Positions 14,053 through 24,600 of a DNA stretch of 64,000 nucleotides are shown piece by piece. Position 1 is the first letter of the stretch. Every line of letters begins with the position of its first letter. Source of the stretch: the human T2T-CHM13v2.0 reference genome, Homo sapiens. Location of the stretch: assembly GCF_009914755.1 (NCBI RefSeq), contig NC_060942.1; one strand, written 5' to 3'. The position numbers and the translations under genes were made by a program. The notes under the pieces were generated by a model that did no database searches, was not told where the DNA came from, and saw only the letters and a program-made list of their open reading frames with translations.

Positions 14053-15065
14053 CATTCTCAGAAACTAGTTCCTGATGTGTGTCCTCAACTAACACAGTTG
14101 AACATTTCTTTAGACAGAAGAGTTTTGAAACACTCTTTTTGTGGAATCTACAAGTGGATATTTGGCTAGATTTGAGGATTTCGTTGGAAACGGGATTACA
14201 TATAAAAAGCAGACAGCAGCATTCTCAGAAAGTTCTTTGTGATGATTGCATTCAAATCACAGAATTGAACATTCCCTTTCACAGAGGAGGTTTGAAACAC
14301 TCTTTTTGTAGTGTGTGTAAGTGGACATTTGGAGCGCTTTCCGGCCTAAGGTGAAAAAGGAAATATCTTCCCATAAAAACTAGACAGAAGCATTCTCAGA
14401 AACTTACTCGTGATGTGTGTCCTCAACTAAAGGAGTAGAACCTTTCTATTCATAGAGAAGTTTTGAAACGCTCTTTTTGTGGAATCTGCAAGTGGATATT
14501 TGGCTAGTTTTGAGGATTTCGTTGGAAGCGGGAATTCATACAAATTGCAGACTGCAGCGTTCTGAGAAACATCTTTGTGATGTTTGTATTCAGGACACAG
14601 AGATGAACATTCCCTATCATAGAGCAGGTTGGAATCACTCCTTTTGTAGTATCTGGGACATTTGGAGAGCTTTCAGGCCTATGTTGAAAAAGGAAATATC
14701 TTCCCATAACAACTAGACACAAGCATTCTCAGAAACTTGTTTGTGATGTGTGCCCTCTACTGACAGAGTTCAACCTTTCTTTTCATAGAGCAGTTTTGAA
14801 ACACTCTTTTTGTAGAATCTGCAAGAGGATATTTGCATAGCTTTGAGGATTTCGTGGGAAACGGGATTGTCTTCAGGTAAAATCTAGACAGAAGCATTCT
14901 CAGAAACTTCTTTGGGATGTTTGCATTCAAGTCACAGAGTAGAACATTCCCTTTGGTAGAGCAGGTTTGAAACACTCTTTTTTTAGTATATGGAAGTGGA
15001 CATTTGGAGCGCTTTCAGGCCTACGTTGGAAAAGGAAATATCTTCCCATAACAACTAGACAGAAG
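14053..15065 (+). repeat. Second copy of the 1013-bp 6-mer variant
   Basis: Same two fusions and the same 5-bp deletion (ATCTGGGACA at 14651) as 7613-8625. Confidence 0.9.
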
Positions 15066-16758
15066 CATTCTCAGAAACTAGTTTCTGATGTGTGTCCTCA
15101 ACTAACACAGTTGTACATTTCTTTAGACAGAACAGTTTTGAAACACTCTTTTTGTGGAATCTGCAAGTGGATATTTGGCTAGATTTGAGGATTTCGTTGG
15201 AAACGGGATTACATATAAAAAGCAGACAGCAGCATTCTCCGAAAGTTCTTTGTGATGATTGCATTCAAGTCACAGAATTGAACATTCCCTTTCACAGAGC
15301 AGGTTTGAAACACTCTTTTTGTAGTGTGTGTAAGTGGACATTTGGAGCACTTACCGGCCTAAGGTGAAAAAGGAAATATCTTCCCATAAAAACTAGACAG
15401 AAGCATTCTCAGAAACTTACTCGTGATGTGTGTCCTCAACTAAAGGAGTAGAACCTTTGTTTTCATAGAGAAGTTTTGAAACGCTCTTTTTGTGGAATCT
15501 GCAAGTGGATATTTGGCTAGTTTGGAGGATTTCGTTGGAAGCGGGAATTCATACAAATTGCAGACTGCAGCGTTCTGAGAAACATCTTTGTGATGTTTGT
15601 ATTCAGGACACAGAGTTGAACATTCCCTATCATAGAGCAGGTTTGAATCACTCCTTTTGTAGTATCTGGAAGTGGACATTTGGAGCGCTTTCAGGCCTAT
15701 GTTGGAAAAGGAAATATCTTCCCATAACAACTAGACAGAAGCATTCTCAGAAACTTATTTGAGATGTGTGTACTCAACTAAGAGAATTGAACCACCGTTT
15801 TGAAGGAGCAGTTTTGAAACACTCTTTTTCTGGAATCTGCAAGTGGATATTTGGCTAGCTTTGGGGATTTCGCTGGAAGCGGGAATACATATAAAAAGCA
15901 CACAGCAGCGTTCTGAGAAACTGCTTTCTGATGTTTGCATTCAAGTCAAAAGTTGAACACTCCCTTTCATAGAGCAGTCCTGAAACACTCCTTTGGTAGT
16001 ATCTGGAACTGGACTTTTGGAGCGCTTTCAGGGCTAAGGTGAAAAAGGAAATATCTTCCCATAAAAACTGGACAGAAGCATTCTCAGAAACTTGTTTATG
16101 CTGTATCTACTCAACTAACAAAGTTGAACCTTTCTTTTGATAGAGCAGTTTTGAAATGCTCTTTTTGTGGAATCTGCAAGTGGATATTTGGCTAGTTTTG
16201 AGGATTTCGTTGGAAGCGGGAATTCATACAAATTGCAGACTGCAGCGTTCTGAGAAACATCTTTGTGATGTTTGTATTCAGGACACAGAGTTGAACATTC
16301 CCTATCATAGAGCAGGTTGGAATCACTCCTTTTGTAGTATCTGGAAGTGGACATTTGGAGCGCTTTCAGGCCTATGTTGAAAAAGGAAATATCTTCCCAT
16401 AACAACTAGACACAAGCATTCTCAGAAACTTGTTTGTGATGTGTGCCCTCTACTGACAGAGTTGAACCTTTCTTTTCATAGAGCAGTTTTGAAACACTCT
16501 TTTTGTAGAATCTGCAAGAGGATATTTGCATAGCTTTGAGGATTTCGTGGGAAACGGGATTGTCTTCAGGTAAAATCTAGACAGAAGCATTCTCAGAAAC
16601 TTCTTTGGGATGTTTGCATTCAAGTCACAGAGTAGAACATTCCCTTTGGTAGAGCAGGTTTGAAACACTCTTTTTTTAGTATATGGAAGTGGACATTTGG
16701 AGCGCTTTCAGGCCTACGTTGGAAAAGGAAATATCTTCCCATAACAACTAGACAGAAG
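15066..16758 (+). repeat. 10-mer HOR variant, 1693 bp (D2/D3 fusion)
   Basis: Anchors at 15066 and 16759; 2035-342=1693. The D2 B-monomer is followed by an A-monomer ending in the D3-type TTTTTTTAGTATATGG...CCTACG. Confidence 0.9.
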
Positions 16759-19700
16759 CATTCTCAGAAACTAGTTTCTGATGTGTGTCCTCAACTAACA
16801 CAGTTGTACATTTCTTTAGACAGAACAGTTTTGAAACACTCTTTTTGTGGAATCTGCAAGTGGATATTTGGCTAGATTTGAGGATTTCGTTGGAAACGGG
16901 ATTACATATAAAAAGCAGACAGCAGCATTCTCCGAAAGTTCTTTGTGATGATTGCATTCAAGTCACAGAATTGAACATTCCCTTTCACAGAGCAGGTTTG
17001 AAACACTCTTTTTGTAGTGTGTGTAAGTGGACATTTGGAGCACTTACCGGCCTAAGGTGAAAAAGGAAATATCTTCCCATAAAAACTAGACAGAAGCATT
17101 CTCAGAAACTTACTCGTGATGTGTGTCCTCAACTAAAGGAGTAGAACCTTTCTTTTCATAGAGAAGTTTTGAAACGCTCTTTTTGTGGAATCTGCAAGTG
17201 GATATTTGGCTAGTTTTGAGGATTTCGTTGGAAGCGGGAATTCATACAAATTGCAGACTGCAGCGTTCTGAGAAACATCTTTGTGATGTTTGTATTCAGG
17301 ACACAGAGTTGAACATTCCCTATCATAGAGCAGGTTTGAATCACTCCTTTTGTAGTATCTGGAAGTGGACATTTGGAGCGCTTTCAGGCCTATGTTGGAA
17401 AAGGAAATATCTTCCCATAACAACTAGACAGAAGCATTCTCAGAAACTTATTTGAGATGTGTGTACTCAACTAAGAGAATTGAACCACCGTTTTGAAGGA
17501 GCAGTTTTGAAACACTCTTTTTCTGGAATCTGCAAGTGGATATTTGGCTAGCTTTGGGGATTTCGCTGGAAGCGGGAATACATATAAAAAGCACACAGCA
17601 GCGTTCTGAGAAACTGCTTTCTGATGTTTGCATTCAAGTCAAAAGTTGAACACTCCCTTTCATAGAGCAGTCCTGAAACACTCCTTTTGTAGTATCTGGA
17701 ACTGGACTTTTGGAGCGCTTTCAGGGCTAAGGTGAAAAAGGAAATATCTTCCCATAAAAACTGGACAGAAGCATTCTCAGAAACTTGTTTATGCTGTATC
17801 TACTCTACTAAAAAAGTTGAACCTTTCTTTTGATAGAGCAGTTTTGAAATGCTCTTTTTGTGGAATCTGCAAGTGGATATTTGGCTAGTTTTGAGGATTT
17901 CGTTGGAAGCTGGAATACATACAAATTGCAGACTGCAGCGTTCTGAGAAACATCTTTGTGATGTTTGTATTCAGGACACAGAGTTGAACATTCCCTATCA
18001 TAGAGCAGGTTGGAATCACTCCTTTTGTAGTATCTGGAAGTGGACATTTGGAGCGCTTTCAGGCCTATGTTGAAAAAGGAAATATCTTCCCATAACAACT
18101 AGACACAAGCATTCTCAGAAACTTGTTTGTGATGTGTGCCCTCTACTGACAGAGTTGAACCTTTCTTTTCATAGAGCAGTTTTGAAACACTCTTTTTGTA
18201 GAATCTGCAAGAGGATATTTGCATAGCTTTGAGGATTTCGTGGGAAACGGGATTGTCTTCAGGTAAAATCTAGACAGAAGCATTCTCAGAAACTTCTTTG
18301 GGATGTTTGCATTCAAGTCACAGAGTAGAACATTCCCTTTGGTAGAGCAGGTTTGAAACACTCTTTTTGTAGTATCTGGAAGTGGACATTTGGAGCGCTT
18401 TCAGGCCCATGTTGGAAAGGGAAATATCTTCCCGTAACAACTAGGCAGAAGCATTCTCAGAAACTTATTTGAGATGTGTGTACTCAACTAAGAGAATTGA
18501 ACCACCGTTTTGAAGGAGCAGTTTTGAAACACTCTTTTTCTGGAATCTGCAAGAGTATATTTGCCTAGCCTTGAGGATTTCGTTGGAAACGGGATTGTCT
18601 TCAGAGAAAATCTAGACAGAAGCATTCTCAGAAACTTCTTTGGGATGTTTGCATTCAAGTCACAGAGTAGAACATTCCCTTTGGTAGAGCAGGTTTGAAA
18701 CACTCTTTTTTTAGTATATGGAAGTGGACATTTGGAGCGCTTTCAGGCCTACCTTGGAAAAGGAAATATCTTCCCATAACAACTAGACAGAAGCATTCTC
18801 AGAAACTAGTTTCTGATGTGTGTCCTCAACTAACACAGTTGAACATTTCTTTAGACAGAACAGTTTTGAAACACTCTTTTTGTGGAATCTGCAAGTGGCT
18901 ATTTGGCTAGATTTGAGGATTTCGTTGGAAACGGGATTACATATAAAAAGCAGTCAGCAGCATTCTCAGAAAGTTCTTTGTGATGATTGCATCCAAGTCA
19001 CAGAATTGAACATTCCCTTTCACAGAGCAGGTTTGAAACACTCTTTTTGTAGTGTGTGTAAGTGGACATTTGGAGCACTTTCCGGCCTAAGGTGAAAAAG
19101 GAAATATCTTCCCTTAAAAACTAGACAGAAGCATTCTCAGAAACTTACTCGTGATGTGTGTCCTCAACTAAAGGAGTAGAACCTTTCTTTTCATAGAGAA
19201 GTTTTGAAACGCTCTTTTTGTGGAATCTGCAAGTGGATATTTGGCTAGTTTTGAGGATTTCGTTGGAAGCGGGAATTCATACAAATTGCAGACTGCAGCG
19301 TTCTGAGAAACATCTTTGTGATGTTTGTATTCAGGACACAGAGTGGAACATTCCCTATCATAGAGCAGGTTGGAATCACTCCTTTTGTAGTATCTGGAAG
19401 TGGACATTTGGAGCGCTTTCAGGCCTATGTTGGAAAAGGAAATATCTTCCCATAACAACTAGACAGAAGCATTCTCAGAAACTTATTTGAGATGTGTGTA
19501 CTCAACTAAGAGAATTGAACCACCGTTTTGAAGGAGCAGTTTTGAAACTCTCTTTTTCTGGAATCTGCATGTGGATATTTGGCTAGCTTTGGGGATTTCG
19601 CTGGAAGCGGGAATACATATAAAAAGCACACAGCAGCGTTCTGAGAAACTGCTTTCTGATGTTTGCATTCAAGTCAAAAGTTGAACACTCCCTTTCATAG

Positions 19701-19932
19701 AGCAGTCTTGAAACACCCCTTTTGTAGTATCTGGAACTGGACTTTTGGAGCGATTTCAGGGCTAAGGTGAAAAAGGAAATATCTTCCCATAAAAACTGGA
19801 CAGAAGCATTCTCAGAAACTTGTTTATGCTGTATCTACTCAACTAACAAAGTTGAACCTTTCTTTTGATAGAGCAGTTTTGAAATGGTCTTTTTGTGGAA
19901 TCTGCAAGTGGATATTTGGCTAGTTTTGAGGA

Positions 19933-21647
19933 TTTCGTTGGAAGCGGGAATTCATACAAATTGCAGACTGCAGCGTTCTGAGAAACATCTTTGTGATGTT
20001 TGTATTCAGGACACAGAGTTGAACATTCCCTATCATAGAGCAGGTTGGAATCACTCCTTTTGTAGTATCTGGAAGTGGACATTTGGAGCGCTTTCAGGCC
20101 TATTTTGGAAAGGGAAATATCTTCCCGTAACAACTATGCAGAAGCATTCTCAGAAACTTGTTTGTGATGTGTGCCCTCTACTGACAGAGTTGAACCTTTC
20201 TTTTCATAGAGCAGTTTTGAAACACTCTTTTTGTAGAATCTGCAAGAGGATATTTGCATAGCTTTGAGGATTTCGTGGGAAACGGGATTGTCTTCAGGTA
20301 AAATCTAGACAGAAGCATTCTCAGAAACTTCTTTGGGATGTTTGCATTCAAGTCACAGAGTAGAACATTCCCTTTGGTAGAGCAGGTTTGAAACACTCTT
20401 TTTGTAGTATCTGGAAGTGGACATTTGGAGCGCTTTCAGGCCCATGTTGGAAAGGGAAATATCTTCCCGTAACAACTAGGCAGAAGCATTCTCAGAAACT
20501 TATTTGAGATGTGTGTACTCAACTAAGAGAATTGAACCACCGTTTTGAAGGAGCAGTTTTGAAACACTGTTTTTCTGGAATCTGCAAGAGTATATTTGCC
20601 TAGCCTTGAGGATTTCGTTGGAAACGGGATTGTCTTCAGAGAAAATCTAGACAGAAGCATTCTCAGAAACTTCTTTGGGATGTTTGCATTCAAGTCACAG
20701 AGTAGAACATTCCCTTTGGTAGAGCAGGTTTGAAACACTCTTTTTTTAGTATATGGAAGTGGACATTTGGAGCGCTTTCAGGCCTACGTTGGAAAAGGAA
20801 ATATCTTCCCATAACAACTAGACAGAAGCATTCTCAGAAACTAGTTTCTGATGTGTGTCCTCAACTAACACAGTTGAACATTTCTTTAGACAGAACAGTT
20901 TTGAAACACTCTTTTTGTGGAATCTGCAAGTGGCTATTTGGCTAGATTTGAGGATTTCGTTGGAAACGGGATTACATATAAAAAGCAGTCAGCAGCATTC
21001 TCAGAAAGTTCTTTGTGATGATTGCATTCAAGTCACAGAATTGAACATTCCCTTTCACAGAGCAGGTTTGAAACACTCTTTTTGTAGTGTGTGTAAGTGG
21101 ACATTTGGAGCACTTACCGGCCTAAGGTGAAAAAGGAAATATCTTCCCATAAAAACTAGACAGAAGCATTCTCAGAAACTTACTCGTGATGTGTGTCCTC
21201 AACTAAAGGAGTAGAACCTTTCTTTTCATAGAGAAGTTTTGAAACGCTCTTTTTGTGGAATCTGCAAGTGGATATTTGGCTAGTTTTGAGGATTTCGTTG
21301 GAAGCGGGAATTCATACAAATTGCAGACTGCAGCGTTCTGAGAAACATCTTTGTGATGTTTGTATTCAGGACACAGAGTTGAACATTCCCTATCATAGAG
21401 CAGGTTTGAATCACTCCTTTTGTAGTATCTGGAAGTGGACATTTGGAGCGCTTTCAGGCCTATGTTGGAAAAGGAAATATCTTCCCATAACAACTAGACA
21501 GAAGCATTCTCAGAAACTTATTTGAGATGTGTGTACTCAACTAAGAGAATTGAACCACCGTTTTGAAGGAGCAGTTTTGAAACTCTCTTTTTCTGGAATC
21601 TGCAAGTGGATATTTGGCTAGCTTTGGGGATTTCGCTGGAAGCGGGA
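19933..21647 (+). promoter_or_regulatory. Six intact CENP-B boxes per 12-mer (representative unit: 19933, 20271, 20613, 20955, 21293, 21631)
   Basis: The 17-mers are TTTCGTTGGAAGCGGGA (x2), TTTCGTGGGAAACGGGA, TTTCGTTGGAAACGGGA (x2) and TTTCGCTGGAAGCGGGA. All satisfy the core nTTCGnnnnAnnCGGGn and are spaced 337-342 bp apart. Confidence 0.95.
21122..21138 (+). promoter_or_regulatory. pJ-alpha-like box of A-type monomers (representative)
   Basis: CTAAGGTGAAAAAGGAA sits at the position equivalent to the CENP-B box in alternate monomers. It is one mismatch from the recalled pJ-alpha consensus CTAYGGTGRAAAAGGAA. Other A monomers carry CTATGTTGGAAAAGGAA-like variants. Confidence 0.65.
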
Positions 21648-24600
21648 ATACATATAAAAAGCACACAGCAGCGTTCTGAGAAACTGCTTTCTGATGTTTG
21701 CATTCAAGTCAAAAGTTGAACACTCCCTTTCATAGAGCAGTCTTGAAACACCCGTTTTGTAGTATCTGGAACTGGACTTTTGGAGCGATTTCAGGGCTAA
21801 GGTGAAAAAGGAAATATCTTCCCATAAAAACTGGACAGAAGCATTCTCAGAAACTTGTTTATGCTGTAACTACTCAACTAACAAAGTTGAACCTTTCTTT
21901 TGATAGAGCAGTTTTGAAATGGTCTTTTTGTGGAATCTGCAAGTGGATATTTGGCTAGTTTTGAGGATTTCGTTGGAAGCGGGAATTCATACAAATTGCA
22001 GACTGCAGCGTTCTGAGAAACATCTTTGTGATGTTTGTATTCAGGACACAGAGTTGAACATTCCCTATCATAGAGCAGGTTGGAATCACTCCTTTTGTAG
22101 TATCTGGAAGTGGACATTTGGAGCGCTTTCAGGCCTATTTTGGAAAGGGAAATATCTTCCCGTAACAACTATGCAGAAGCATTCTCAGAAACTTGTTTGT
22201 GATGTGTGCCCTCTACTGACAGAGTTGAACCTTTCTTTTCATAGAGCAGTTTTGAAACACTCTTTTTGTAGAATCTGCAAGAGGATATTTGCATAGCTTT
22301 GAGGATTTCGTGGGAAACGGGATTGTCTTCAGGTAAAATCTAGACAGAAGCATTCTCAGAAACTTCTTTGGGATGTTTGTATTCAAGTCACAGAGTAGAA
22401 CATTCCCTTTGGTAGAGCAGGTTTGAAACACTCTTTTTGTAGTATCTGGAAGTGGACATTTGGAGCGCTTTCAGGCCCATGTTGGAAAGGGAAATATCTT
22501 CCCGTAACAACTAGGCAGAAGCATTCTCAGAAACTTATTTGAGATGTGTGTACTCAACTAAGAGAATTGAACCACCGTTTTGAAGGAGCAGTTTTGAAAC
22601 ACTCTTTTTCTGGAATCTGCAAGAGTATATTTGCCTAGCCTTGAGGATTTCGTTGGAAACGGGATTGTCTTCAGAGAAAATCTAGACAGAAGCATTCTCA
22701 GAAACTTCTTTGGGATGTTTGCATTCAAGTCACAAAGTAGAACATTCCCTTTGGTAGAGCAGGTTTGAAACACTCTTTTTTTAGTATATGGAAGTGGACA
22801 TTTGGAGCGCTTTCAGGCCTACGTTGGAAAAGGAAATATCTTCCCATAACAACTAGACAGAAGCATTCTCAGAAACTAGTTTCTGATGTGTGTCCTCAAC
22901 TAACACAGTTGAACATTTCTTTAGACAGAACAGTTTTGAAACACTCTTTTTGTGGAATCTGCAAGAGGCTATTTGGCTAGATTTGAGGATTTCGTTGGAA
23001 ACGGGATTACATATAAAAAGCAGTCAGCAGCATTCTCAGAAAGTTCTTTGTGATGATTGCATTCAAGTCACAGAATTGAACATTCCCTTTCACAGAGCAG
23101 GTTTGAAACACTCTTTTTGTAGTGTGTGTAAGTGGACATTTGGAGCACTTACCGGCCTAAGGTGAAAAAGGAAATATCTTCCCATAAAAACTAGACAGAA
23201 GCATTCTCAGAAACTTACTCGTGATGTGTGTCCTCAACTAAAGGAGTAGAACCTTTCTTTTCATAGAGAAGTTTTGAAACGCTCTTTTTGTGGAATCTGC
23301 AAGTGGATATTTGGCTAGTTTTGAGGATTTCGTTGGAAGCGGGAATTCATACAAATTGCAGACTGCAGCGTTCTGAGAAACATCTTTGTGATGTTTGTAT
23401 TCAGGACACAGAGTTGAACATTCCCTATCATAGAGCAGGTTGGAATCACTCCTTTTGTAGTATCTGGAAGTGGACATTTGGAGCGCTTTCAGGCCTATGT
23501 TGGAAAAGGAAATATCTTCCCATAACAACTAGACAGAAGCATTCTCAGAAACTTATTTGAGATGTGTGTACTCAACTAAGAGAATTGAACCACCGTTTTG
23601 AAGGAGCAGTTTTGAAACTCTCTTTTTCTGGAATCTGCAAGTGGATATTTGGCTAGCTTTGGGGATTTCGCTGGAAGCGGGAATACATATAAAAAGCACA
23701 CAGCAGCGTTCTGAGAAACTGCTTTCTGATGTTTGCATTCAAGTCAAAAGTTGAACACTCCCTTTCATAGAGCAGTCTTGAAACACCCGTTTTGTAGTAT
23801 CTGGAACTGGACTTTTGGAGCGATTTCAGGGCTAAGGTGAAAAAGGAAATATCTTCCCATAAAAACTGGACAGAAGCATTCTCAGAAACTTGTTTATGCT
23901 GTAACTACTCAACTAACAAAGTTGAACCTTTCTTTTGATAGAGCAGTTTTGAAATGGTCTTTTTGTGGAATCTGCAAGTGGATATTTGGCTAGTTTTGAG
24001 GATTTCGTTGGAAGCGGGAATTCATACAAATTGCAGACTGCAGCGTTCTGAGAAACATCTTTGTGATGTTTGTATTCAGGACACAGAGTTGAACATTCCC
24101 TATCATAGAGCAGGTTGGAATCACTCCTTTTGTAGTATCTGGAAGTGGACATTTGGAGCGCTTTCAGGCCTATTTTGGAAAGGGAAATATCTTCCCGTAA
24201 CAACTATGCAGAAGCATTCTCAGAAACTTGTTTGTGATGTGTGCCCTCTACTGACAGAGTTGAACCTTTCTTTTCATAGAGCAGTTTTGAAACACTCTTT
24301 TTGTAGAATCTGCAAGAGGATATTTGCATAGCTTTGAGGATTTCGTGGGAAACGGGATTGTCTTCAGGTAAAATCTAGACAGAAGCATTCTCAGAAACTT
24401 CTTTGGGATGTTTGTATTCAAGTCACAGAGTAGAACATTCCCTTTGGTAGAGCAGGTTTGAAACACTCTTTTTGTAGTATCTGGAAGTGGACATTTGGAG
24501 CGCTTTCAGGCCCATGTTGGAAAGGGAAATATCTTCCCGTAACAACTAGGCAGAAGCATTCTCAGAAACTTATTTGAGATGTGTGTACTCAACTAAGAGA

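Noticed and set aside
19884-20261. 125-aa ORF present only in the right layer, with CxxC-like Cys/His motifs
   Set aside because: It arises from loss of one TGA in the D1-end tract. The CDVC motifs are simply the TGTGATGTGTG alphoid consensus, and there is no evidence of coding constraint.
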